Positions 1 to 8,477 of a DNA stretch of 45,651 bases are shown piece after piece. The notes beneath the pieces were generated by a model. That model made no database searches. It was not told where the DNA came from and saw only the letters and a list, made by a program, of their open reading frames with translations. Source of the DNA: a virus (taxonomy: Duplodnaviria; Caudoviricetes). Where the stretch lies: IMG/VR virus record IMGVR_UViG_3300020183_003709, positions 1 to 45,651 of that record. The stretch is one strand, 5' to 3'. The stretch's first letter is position 1. The number at the start of each line of letters is the position of its first letter. A program made the position numbers and the translations under genes.

Positions 1-557
1 TCGAAGTTCCTAAGGTAATTTCTGTAAGATACAGATGCAAATGGATCCGCAGTACCCGAACAATAAATCATTTCAATTGAATCCGAAAATGTTTCTTCCA
101 TTTCTTCAATTGTAGTGTTTATTCTTTTAATTGACGATGAATTAGCAACAATCATATCTACCCTACAGGAAGGACATTTATAGTTACAAGTTCTGTCAAA
201 AGACATTTGTAAAATTGTTGGTCCATAATCAATCTTTGTTTTTTTCTCGAGTACGTTATCTTTTATATAATCAGGTAAATCTTGAATTCTTTTTATTGGT
301 CCAAAAATATCCATATTATAGTTCAAAAGTTGTGATAAAAATGGACATTGTTTTTTATCACAAAACCTATAAGATCCGTCCATAACAGACTCCCTTATTT
401 CCATAGCCTCAGTACTATTCCATAATTCTTTTAATGGTACGTTTCTTGGTAGTTCCTTTTTTAACCAACTCGCACAACACATAAAGTTTCGAGTTTCATG
501 TATTTCTAATGCTTGAAATGGAACAGTACAAACGTAGTCTTTCAAATCTATAATCAT
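1..557 (-). CDS. Radical SAM protein with N-terminal SPASM/twitch-like Cys domain (truncated by window edge; absent from ORF track)
   Basis: Hand translation from ATG at 557 (ATGA overlap with upstream stop): MIIDLKDYVCTVPFQALEIH...MCCASW...ELWNS...IRESVMDGSYRFCDKKQCP...FDRTCNYKCPSCR (CxxxCxxC)...IYCSGTADPFAS; open to position 1. Confidence 0.88.
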   Translation of the reverse strand, partial: MIIDLKDYVCTVPFQALEIHETRNFMCCASWLKKELPRNVPLKELWNSTEAMEIRESVMDGSYRFCDKKQCPFLSQLLNYNMDIFGPIKRIQDLPDYIKDNVLEKKTKIDYGPTILQMSFDRTCNYKCPSCRVDMIVANSSSIKRINTTIEEMEETFSDSIEMIYCSGTADPFASVSYRNYLRNF

Positions 558-1207
558 ATTAATCCGCTAATTTTTTGATTTATTCTAACCTTTTTATATG
601 GTGAGTTAATCCATTCATCAATACATGTTTGATTGTGTGATATTTTTAAATACTCTAATAACTTGTCTAATGTTGGTCTATCTTTTCTAATAAATAGATT
701 TTCATATGTAACCAAAGGATAACCCCTTTTTGACATATTTTTTAAAAATTCTGACTCATTCTCTAAGTGTTGGGATATCCCAAAAATTTCCTCTTCGTCC
801 TCTTTTTTCAAATCATAAAATTTTTGTTTATGCCAAAGTGGGGATATGGTTCTATTTTTTGATAATTTTAAATGATAGAATAGACTTTCAGCTTGTTTTC
901 TTTTGTCTTCTCTCTCTAATATTATAATTTTATCAAAATACGAATACACCCACACTAAATAATCTTCAAAACATTCAAATGATTCGTATGGGTAATTATC
1001 CCTATCTATAAAGGTTTTGACTAAAACATCATTCGTATTAATAAATTCTTCTATAGTTTTAGGTTTACTCTCTTTATCAATATTGAGGTAATTAAATGGT
1101 TCAAAAAAAAGTTTATGGTTCTTTTTTTCTTTTGTTAATAAACAATTAATGAGATAAAATAAGGATGTTGATCCACTCCTACCATTGCAAAAAATCACAA
1201 TTCTCAT
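554..1207 (-). CDS. Sulfotransferase-like protein (P-loop, Stf0-like)
   Basis: N-terminal PSB-loop-like GRSGST, FEPF, IILERED..QAES, VTYENL. Confidence 0.65.
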   Translation of the reverse strand: MRIVIFCNGRSGSTSLFYLINCLLTKEKKNHKLFFEPFNYLNIDKESKPKTIEEFINTNDVLVKTFIDRDNYPYESFECFEDYLVWVYSYFDKIIILEREDKRKQAESLFYHLKLSKNRTISPLWHKQKFYDLKKEDEEEIFGISQHLENESEFLKNMSKRGYPLVTYENLFIRKDRPTLDKLLEYLKISHNQTCIDEWINSPYKKVRINQKISGLI

Positions 1208-1749
1208 AATAATTTTTTATTGGTGTCTGATTTATAATATTTAAAATCAGTATTAGTTATCCAAATATTAAGAGCACATCTGATACCTTCATTAACCGGC
1301 ATTACACCATGATAAATTTTACTACCATCAAATGAAATACATTCACCAATTTCTAATTTATACTTTTCACATTCCTTAATATTTTTTGGTTTTTCTGAAA
1401 GTACAAATCTCCCATCAGAAAAGTTTTTTGATAATACTATGACCGTTGTTAATTGAGAAGTCGAATCTAAATGTAGGTCTAACCACCTTCCGTCGTAATA
1501 TTTGGTAAGGCTTATGTTAGAGTCTTTAATATGAAAATTGTTTAAATCAAACCATAATTTAAACTCTCCTGAAATGTATTTTTCTTTTAATTTACTTATG
1601 ATTTTTTCTTTAAATTCGTCAACATAAACTCTCTTACAATCCCATGTTTCGGATGAATGATATGAGAATTGTGTTCCATTTTCTTCACAAAATTTAATTA
1701 TATCATCACATTCCGACTCATCAAAAAATTTATTTACTGAAAAATTCAT
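1204..1749 (-). CDS. 2OG-Fe(II) oxygenase (prolyl-4-hydroxylase-like)
   Basis: HLD...HGVMPV..G.R facial triad and 2OG-binding Arg. Confidence 0.85.
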   Translation of the reverse strand: MNFSVNKFFDESECDDIIKFCEENGTQFSYHSSETWDCKRVYVDEFKEKIISKLKEKYISGEFKLWFDLNNFHIKDSNISLTKYYDGRWLDLHLDSTSQLTTVIVLSKNFSDGRFVLSEKPKNIKECEKYKLEIGECISFDGSKIYHGVMPVNEGIRCALNIWITNTDFKYYKSDTNKKLL

Positions 1750-2582
1750 ATTATTCGTTTATTTATGTCTTTAGTAATATAATTTAATATATTTTTCTCT
1801 AAAATCCAATGGTATAATTCTTTTGCAATTAATTGATAACCAAATTTATTTGGATGTTTTCCACCATAATGATTATCATCCCATAATTTTTTGTCTTCCC
1901 ATACCTCTTTTTTATTTGTTTCACATAAATGGTCTTTAAATGTTTTATTTGAAAAATTCCAATAATGATTTTTATTAATGTAATCGGTTTTATCTATTTC
2001 TTTCAAAATATTCTTCTTTATCATAGTATCAAATGCATCACAAAAAACATATCTAACACCAATTCTATCGAACATAAACTGAAGATACAGAATATAATTT
2101 TGATTTATAATATTATAATACTGATCAGAAAAGAGATTTTCTAAAAAGAATTCTTTGTAATCTTTTTTTAGATTTATATTTATGTGTGAGTCAGTATTAT
2201 TTAATTTGGTTGTATTTACGATGAATTGGTAAACGTGTTTTTTATTTAAGTATCTTTCCCCCCAAAAATGCCAAGGATTATCATCAGGAAAAAATGGTAA
2301 AGAATCTCTTAGAGATGAAGACCACATAATAACAACTAAATCATTTTTAGAAAAAGTTTGATTATGTATTGAATGGGAAACCACATCAAATATTGTTTTA
2401 TTTGATGATGCGCCCATTCCGAAATTACAAAACTCTATTTCCAATAAATCAGATAGATACTTCGGCCAACAAAAATTTTGTCTAATTTTAGTTCTCTCCT
2501 CAGGTGTGTTTGTTTTTCCCTCTTCAATTAAGTCACCGCCAACACCTTCAGTCCAACTATCTCCAAATGTAAACAACTTCAT
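1746..2582 (-). CDS. SGNH/GDSL hydrolase-like protein
   Basis: FGDSWTEG block I, NFGMGASSN, C-terminal HPN..GYQLIA. Confidence 0.7.
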   Translation of the reverse strand: MKLFTFGDSWTEGVGGDLIEEGKTNTPEERTKIRQNFCWPKYLSDLLEIEFCNFGMGASSNKTIFDVVSHSIHNQTFSKNDLVVIMWSSSLRDSLPFFPDDNPWHFWGERYLNKKHVYQFIVNTTKLNNTDSHININLKKDYKEFFLENLFSDQYYNIINQNYILYLQFMFDRIGVRYVFCDAFDTMIKKNILKEIDKTDYINKNHYWNFSNKTFKDHLCETNKKEVWEDKKLWDDNHYGGKHPNKFGYQLIAKELYHWILEKNILNYITKDINKRII

Positions 2583-2588
2583 AATTCA

Positions 2589-2729
2589 TTATGAAAGATG
2601 TTTTTCCTTTACCTTGTTAATAAAACTTTGAAATGCGTTAGAAACCTTTACCTTTAACTCATTTGATAAAGGTACGATAGTCGGTTTAATTGTTTGAATT
2701 GGTCTTTCTACTTTTACGTTGTTTGCCAT
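2589..2729 (-). CDS. 46-aa hypothetical peptide (below ORF-track cutoff)
   Basis: ATG at 2729 to TAA at 2589: MANNVKVERPIQTIKPTIVPLSNELKVKVSNAFQSFINKVKEKHLS; fills the gap between two co-oriented genes. Confidence 0.7.
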   Translation of the reverse strand: MANNVKVERPIQTIKPTIVPLSNELKVKVSNAFQSFINKVKEKHLS

Positions 2730-2751
2730 TACTACTTATTTTTAATATTTT

Positions 2752-4242
2752 TTATAATTTTGGTGATGGTTGACATCCTCCACAGGTGTTATCATAACAA
2801 TAGTTTCCACAGAATGACCAAGGACACCAACAACCGTTGTGCATAACAGTAAAATCACCATCACCAATATCAACTAAAAATAAATCTGATGGTTCAAAAT
2901 CTAATCCGTAAATGGTCATATTTGCATGTTCCATTTGTAAATTGGTTATTTCTAATGTTGTGAGTTCTTGTGTGTTTGAATCGGTGATTACTAATTTATC
3001 ACCAACATACATTTGGTTTAATTTTTCAAACTTTGTTGATAATGAACCTGATTCCTCTATATAGTACGTACATGACGGCGAATCAACCCAAGATTTACCG
3101 TCGGCGGTTGTTACTCTAATATAAATCGTATCAATTGATGCGGATGTAATTGTTTGTAAAGATGATGAAACTTGAGTAAGTGTTTGATTACTTTTTGATA
3201 AAGTACTGTCCCAACCTAATACGTCCATTTTACCCTCTTCAAAATTTGCGGCATGATTATCGTTAAAATCAATAAAGTCTATCGATCTTATATAGTCACC
3301 AATTTGAATTGTATTTACATCTTTTAATGAACCGGTATAATCTAAAATCACAGAGTCTTCATCGGTATGATAATTATTTACCGGATGTTTTTCTTTAATA
3401 CCCACCTCTTTTGTTATAAATCTATGTCTACTTTTTCTATTTAATATTGTAGTTCCCTCGATAAATTCATTATTAAAGAAATTAACAGGTACAACAGTGG
3501 ATTGTTTATATCCACCAAGATTTATTACATCTAGATTTGAACCATATACAATGTCGATACCTCTTATTATTGCATATTTTCCGTCCACCAAATTATCATT
3601 TGAAAAAATAAATTCTTGTATCAAATAATCCTCTGGTAAATTTGTTTTTAAATCATTTAACTGAGATGAATTCGATAAAACATGTATTTCAGGGTATAGA
3701 GATAAATCGTAATTTGGTATTCTTGATTTTATAATTGCATTAGGATTTTGAGACTGGTAGTCAACGTTAGTTAAAGTGTCTACGTTTCCGTTAGATGAGA
3801 CAAAATATGTATTTGGGACGTATGTACTTCCACTCATTAATGAAAAAAATCCAAATTTATCTGCACAGTAAGTATCATCAATAAGTGCGGTCGTATCATA
3901 TGACTGTCTCAAAATAAACTTGTTGGGGGCATCTTCAATAAACGGTACTGTAACAGAATTAATAGGAACAGGATATTCATTGAACGATATGTTGTTTTCC
4001 ACACATTTTTCTTGTAATTTTTGTTTAAAAACAAACGGACCATTTATTGGTGTATATGACTCTAGTTCGTTATAAATAAAATGAAATTCTGTTATGTTTA
4101 AAGAATTTAATGTATTAAATAACACGTCATAATCGAGAAACGACGCCCCGTCAGAATATATCGTTGTATTTGTGTTTGTCTCTAATATCTTAACGTCTCC
4201 GTTAATTTCTAATAAATCGGTACCTAGAATTACACCTCTCAT
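2752..4242 (-). CDS. Circularly permuted ATP-grasp-like domain + Hint (intein-like) domain + C-terminal 27-aa Cys-rich peptide
   Basis: N-terminal GTDLL..ILETN (ATP-grasp D...ExN motif moved to the N-terminus), ADKF..VPNTY, IIKSR, LIQEFI; Hint-like HTDEDSVILDYTGSLKDVNTIQIGDYI ... IRVTTADGKS ... MYVGDKL ... IYGLDFEPSDLFLV ... VMHN; tail GCWCPWSFCGNYCYDNTCGGCQPSPKL. Confidence 0.75.
   Translation of the reverse strand: MRGVILGTDLLEINGDVKILETNTNTTIYSDGASFLDYDVLFNTLNSLNITEFHFIYNELESYTPINGPFVFKQKLQEKCVENNISFNEYPVPINSVTVPFIEDAPNKFILRQSYDTTALIDDTYCADKFGFFSLMSGSTYVPNTYFVSSNGNVDTLTNVDYQSQNPNAIIKSRIPNYDLSLYPEIHVLSNSSQLNDLKTNLPEDYLIQEFIFSNDNLVDGKYAIIRGIDIVYGSNLDVINLGGYKQSTVVPVNFFNNEFIEGTTILNRKSRHRFITKEVGIKEKHPVNNYHTDEDSVILDYTGSLKDVNTIQIGDYIRSIDFIDFNDNHAANFEEGKMDVLGWDSTLSKSNQTLTQVSSSLQTITSASIDTIYIRVTTADGKSWVDSPSCTYYIEESGSLSTKFEKLNQMYVGDKLVITDSNTQELTTLEITNLQMEHANMTIYGLDFEPSDLFLVDIGDGDFTVMHNGCWCPWSFCGNYCYDNTCGGCQPSPKL
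2836..3369 (-). other. Hint auto-processing domain lacking the Cys/Ser-1 nucleophile, ending His-Asn
   Basis: Blocks A, B, F and G recognisable by eye; terminal HN codons at 2841-2836. Confidence 0.75.
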
Positions 4243-4267
4243 TTTTTAATTTAGTTTTACATTAATA

Positions 4268-4296
4268 AATATAACCAAATATAAAAACTTTCTAAA
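4268..4296 (-). promoter_or_regulatory. Putative sigma70-like promoter for the ATP-grasp/Hint gene
   Basis: TTTAGA-N17-TATATT in an 89-bp intergenic gap; overlaps a TATTTAT 7-mer. Confidence 0.4.
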
Positions 4297-4331
4297 TAGT
4301 TTTTTAAATTTTTATATATGTATATATCTAT

Positions 4332-4622
4332 TTAAATTATCGTTTTATTGTTTTTATTCTCCAATTTTTCAATAAATTTTACATCCACTTCCTTCCATTT
4401 TTTTATTGGACATGAATTATAAAATTTTGAGTATACCTTTTTACTTAGTGGACAACCGCATAGTTTGCAAATTTCGGACCATCTATTGTTTTTAAATAGT
4501 TCTTTTCTATGTTCACAACCTTCACAAATATTTAATCTTTTTTGAGCCAATATCTTTTCATCAGTACTTGGATTAATATAAGTAACCCAAGCATCAAATA
4601 TTTCCTTAAAATTAGGTATCAT
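4332..4622 (-). CDS. Small Cys-rich putative metal-binding protein (DUF6171-like)
   Basis: KRLNICEGCEH...CKLCGCPL..K.....CPIKKW. Confidence 0.65.
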   Translation of the reverse strand: MIPNFKEIFDAWVTYINPSTDEKILAQKRLNICEGCEHRKELFKNNRWSEICKLCGCPLSKKVYSKFYNSCPIKKWKEVDVKFIEKLENKNNKTII

Positions 4623-5380
4623 ATTAGTGTTTTTTTATTTTTTGGCAAGTCATAGTAGTCATAAATACTATTATATTTATTTTTAAATTCATCATTTAAC
4701 TCTAAATTAACTTTAATATCTGAACGTGAATTTACGTGTTTTAATATAAATTTTTTACCAGTTATATTTGAAACCCAGTCTTGTAATTTAGAGATTTCAT
4801 CAATATTAAACCATGTTATATTTTCATCATTATTATGCCAAATAGATTTTGGTGTAATTAGTATATTAAATATATTAATAAGATAACATTCGCGATTTAA
4901 TCGAGTTGTCCTTGGTGGTATCCTAACATATTTTTCTATAAAACCATTTTTTATCATATATTCATTTATAACCTTCCACCGTTTATCAATATTTGTTAAA
5001 TCATTGGAATTAAAAAAGAATAATTCATCTATTGATATTTTGGATAACCAATCTGATATATTATCCCACCCGGTTCGTTTGAGGTCAAAAACGACATGCT
5101 TGTATAATGAAAAGAAAGAATCATGCCTATCCCTATTCACTGCAATTACTGGTAAGTGATTTCCAAATTTTTCTTTTAAATCCATAAGTGATTCATGCCC
5201 ATGTGCTATTAAATCCATTATTTTAGATTCGTCTATATTTTTAAAATCAATTGAATCATTGTGTTCATCCCAAATGTTCAAATTTTTAACATCTAATCCA
5301 CTAAGTATACATGAATAATGAAATGAAGTGGAACCACATCTAGGTAAAGAAACATATAAAAATTTATTATCTACTAACAT
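4619..5380 (-). CDS. Sulfotransferase family 2-like protein
   Basis: FLYVSLPRCGSTS PAPS loop, HGH, VNRDRHDSFFSLYK, terminal HVNS. Confidence 0.7.
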   Translation of the reverse strand: MLVDNKFLYVSLPRCGSTSFHYSCILSGLDVKNLNIWDEHNDSIDFKNIDESKIMDLIAHGHESLMDLKEKFGNHLPVIAVNRDRHDSFFSLYKHVVFDLKRTGWDNISDWLSKISIDELFFFNSNDLTNIDKRWKVINEYMIKNGFIEKYVRIPPRTTRLNRECYLINIFNILITPKSIWHNNDENITWFNIDEISKLQDWVSNITGKKFILKHVNSRSDIKVNLELNDEFKNKYNSIYDYYDLPKNKKTLI

Positions 5381-6003
5381 TAAACTAAACTTTTAAATTC
5401 ATTTTTAACCTTGGCCGCGAAATTAAAATTTATAATAAATCTGTCTTCGGATATTGGGTAATTTGCATGATGTGCAAACCTTCCATCAAAAACCAAACAA
5501 CGTCCTTTTTTTGGTGATACTTTAGTTAACAACTCATATGAATTTAAATCAACTTTGTTAAAGTTTCCCCGATATGTTTCTGCGTTATTACCAAATTTAT
5601 TATTATATATATGTGTGTCTCCTGTTGAATCGTTTATATAATAAACCACAGCTATATGTTCAGTAATTCTATCATAGTGTAATAAATCCATTGGGTTATA
5701 TTCATGATTTAGTGGTTCCGTCCAATTTATTTTCCATCTATAATTTTTTACGAATTCCAAATCAAGTTTTTTACTTACTATAATTTGTATATTATCTATT
5801 AAACTTCTTATACTATCGTTTTTACAAGACATCTGAGGATGTACCTTGGCGGGGAAAAGATGAGTTTCTTTTTTTCCACCGTATTCACCGGTTATATTTT
5901 TCAAATCTTCCCACCTTATTGTTTCATCTTTAACATAATTGTAAATTACATCCTGTTCTTCTTTCGATAGTATGTCATCAAATACGTAATAATTGTGTTT
6001 CAT
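5380..6003 (-). CDS. 2OG-Fe(II) oxygenase
   Basis: HYD, YYINDSTGDT, PKKGRCLVFDG..HHA...RFIINFN. Confidence 0.85.
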   Translation of the reverse strand: MKHNYYVFDDILSKEEQDVIYNYVKDETIRWEDLKNITGEYGGKKETHLFPAKVHPQMSCKNDSIRSLIDNIQIIVSKKLDLEFVKNYRWKINWTEPLNHEYNPMDLLHYDRITEHIAVVYYINDSTGDTHIYNNKFGNNAETYRGNFNKVDLNSYELLTKVSPKKGRCLVFDGRFAHHANYPISEDRFIINFNFAAKVKNEFKSLV

Positions 6004-6007
6004 ATTT

Positions 6008-6667
6008 TTAAATAAAACTTTTTTCTTTTTTTATAAATTCAAAACCCACATTACCCGCCATAACTACTCTATCTATAGTTGCTTTTGGTGCATTATTTGG
6101 TGCATGTGGTATCGACCCTGGCATTATTATAAGTTCGTCTTCTTTTGGTCTTATAAAATATTCTTTATCGTTCCAACCTTTTATATATAAAACACCATCT
6201 TCATTTTCCATTACATCTGGCATTTGTATATAATAAACAAAAGTGTAATTTGGATAGAATTTTTTTTGGCTTTGGTTTATTTCAGTATGCGTATGAAATT
6301 TATCAACACCTTTTATTTCTTCATGTTTAAATTGAATTTGTATGGGATTTTTTGACCTTACTATGTTTATCCAAGCATCCGTATTTATTTTATTAAATTC
6401 TTTTTTTACATCATTTTCATAAATTTCTTTACAGGCGTTTATACCTTCTTGATGAATTAAGTCTAAATTATTTTTAATGTCAATTTTACCTATAAAATTA
6501 ATGTTTTGTTTCCACTCCTCTCTGTATCCGTAACCGTCTGTTTTAACGGTATCTTTTTTCGAATCTACTACAATATAAGACTCTCTTAATATTTCACTTT
6601 TTAATTTTACTAAATCCAAAGATTTAATCCAAATATATGTTTTATCATCAAAAAATATTTTTTTCAT
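6008..6667 (-). CDS. Putative 2OG-Fe(II) oxygenase (HxH type)
   Basis: HTH, FVYYIQMP, ELIIMPGSIPH, RVVMAGN. Confidence 0.75.
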   Translation of the reverse strand: MKKIFFDDKTYIWIKSLDLVKLKSEILRESYIVVDSKKDTVKTDGYGYREEWKQNINFIGKIDIKNNLDLIHQEGINACKEIYENDVKKEFNKINTDAWINIVRSKNPIQIQFKHEEIKGVDKFHTHTEINQSQKKFYPNYTFVYYIQMPDVMENEDGVLYIKGWNDKEYFIRPKEDELIIMPGSIPHAPNNAPKATIDRVVMAGNVGFEFIKKEKSFI

Positions 6668-7920
6668 TATATTAAACTTTTTGATATTCCTTTTTTATTT
6701 TTTTTAAATATGGTATTATAATTCTGTACAAAAAATGTCAACTCATTCTCTTTCCAATCATATAGTTCAAATGCACTTATTAAATCGGTATCATTTGTAA
6801 CCGAAATTTTATTTGTTTCATCTAAAATTAATTTTAATTTATTTGGTATCGGTGCGTTATATGCGTCTTTCCAAAATGGTGTGTTCATTCTTTCATTTAA
6901 ATAATGATATCGAATAAACATCATGTTTTGCTCATTTGTTTCTCTACATATTTTATTAAACGTGTCTTTATATGACACATCAAAATTATTATCGATTAAT
7001 CTTTTCAATTGTATAATAGTCGACATAAGTGAAGTTGCCTCCAATGGTTCTAAAAAACCATATGATAAACCAATAGAAATACTATTGCCTATCCAACTTC
7101 TCGTATGTGTTCCTGCTTTAAAATCAAATACCTTTTCTGTTTTTATTTCGTGTCCTAAGTATTCTTCAATTTCTTTTTTAGCGTCTTCAACAGATGTATA
7201 TGAATCGTTAAAAACATAACCACACCCCCAACGATGTTTTAATGGTATTTGAAACATCCAACCCGATTTCATAGCATGCATATAAGTATGTGTGAGGTCT
7301 TTATTTGTCAATTGTTTTGTTTGTGGTAAAAAGTAACCAAGTGCTTTATTGAGTAGTAGATATTTTGAATAATCTATCCATTCCTCTTTATGTACCCCTT
7401 GAATTATTAATCTAGCAAAACCACTACAATCAAATATAAAATCTAAATTAATTACGGTTCCGTCTGTTAATTCGATATTATCTATATTTTCTGACGTATG
7501 ATTTATTTTTTTAACTTGTCCATCTACCCATTTAACCCCCCTATCTATTGCGGTTTTTTTAAAATATTCAGAAACACGTCTGGCATCAAAATGAAACGCG
7601 GAATATTTTCTTATGTCATTTGTTTGTTTATTGATTTGATGAAATAGATGTTCGGATTGACTACCGACATGTGTCCAATTTATCAGTTTAATTCCATCTT
7701 TTGTTGTTGATCCTGTTTTTTTCGTAAAATCTTCAATGTTAATGTCTAATAATTTCAAAAACAAACCAAAATTAGAGGTTCCTCCTTCTCCTGCACCTAA
7801 TATTCCAATTTTAGAACTTTCAACTAGAGTGACATCCACATTTAACCAATATTTTTGTACAGATAATGCCGTTGCCCATCCAGCAGTACCACCACCAATT
7901 ATGATTACTCTTTTATTCAT
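6667..7920 (-). CDS. Flavin-dependent halogenase (tryptophan halogenase family); start corrected to 7920
   Basis: IIGGGTAGW, GAGEG, catalytic-Lys-like TKDGI, FHFDA, DCSGF, GWMFQIPL (WxWxIP variant), FLEPLEATS; ATG 7920 overlaps upstream TGA. Confidence 0.85.
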   Translation of the reverse strand: MNKRVIIIGGGTAGWATALSVQKYWLNVDVTLVESSKIGILGAGEGGTSNFGLFLKLLDINIEDFTKKTGSTTKDGIKLINWTHVGSQSEHLFHQINKQTNDIRKYSAFHFDARRVSEYFKKTAIDRGVKWVDGQVKKINHTSENIDNIELTDGTVINLDFIFDCSGFARLIIQGVHKEEWIDYSKYLLLNKALGYFLPQTKQLTNKDLTHTYMHAMKSGWMFQIPLKHRWGCGYVFNDSYTSVEDAKKEIEEYLGHEIKTEKVFDFKAGTHTRSWIGNSISIGLSYGFLEPLEATSLMSTIIQLKRLIDNNFDVSYKDTFNKICRETNEQNMMFIRYHYLNERMNTPFWKDAYNAPIPNKLKLILDETNKISVTNDTDLISAFELYDWKENELTFFVQNYNTIFKKNKKGISKSLI

Positions 7921-8477
7921 ATTAAAGTGTTTACAAAATTTTCTTTTGGTTCTAATTGAATCCAATTAACTAAAGAATATCTGACCCCTTCGGTCACTGG
8001 TGTTACTCTATGTAATAAATTAGAGTAAAATATAAATAAATTACCAATACCTTTTTGTAATTTTACTATATTTTTCTTCCCACTATCTATGCTTATTTCT
8101 AAACAACCTCCTTCATATTCATCATTCAATTGTAAAACTATTGATACGAATCTATTTTTATAATTATCTGATGAGTCGGTGTGCCAGTTATAAAATTCAC
8201 CAACCTTATATTCTGTAAATTGATACGGTCCTAATCCCGTAACTTTAAAACCTTTAACTTTTATTAGTTCTTCTAATTTAGTTTTAATTTTATCATCTAA
8301 AATTTCAATGTTATCTATAAACCCAACCGAAGACTTTCTTGCAAGTTCAGAGGATACATCAACCCCATCAATAGTTACTTCCGCCTTTTTTAATTTTAAT
8401 TCTAATTTATATTTTTCTAAAATGTAGGAAGATTCTTCAACCGTTAGAAAATTATTAATAATCCAAAATCTGTCCAT
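7917..8477 (-). CDS. 2OG-Fe(II) oxygenase (PKHD/P4H-like)
   Basis: YNWHTD, YEGGCL, HRVTPVTEGVRYSLVNW. Confidence 0.9.
   Translation of the reverse strand: MDRFWIINNFLTVEESSYILEKYKLELKLKKAEVTIDGVDVSSELARKSSVGFIDNIEILDDKIKTKLEELIKVKGFKVTGLGPYQFTEYKVGEFYNWHTDSSDNYKNRFVSIVLQLNDEYEGGCLEISIDSGKKNIVKLQKGIGNLFIFYSNLLHRVTPVTEGVRYSLVNWIQLEPKENFVNTLI

Noticed and set aside
2836-3369. Canonical splicing intein or mobile element
   Set aside because: No Cys/Ser-1, no block-B His, Gly at +1, no homing endonuclease
4283-4304. Inverted repeat AAAAACT...AGTTTTT as terminator
   Set aside because: Only one GC pair; too weak and expected by chance
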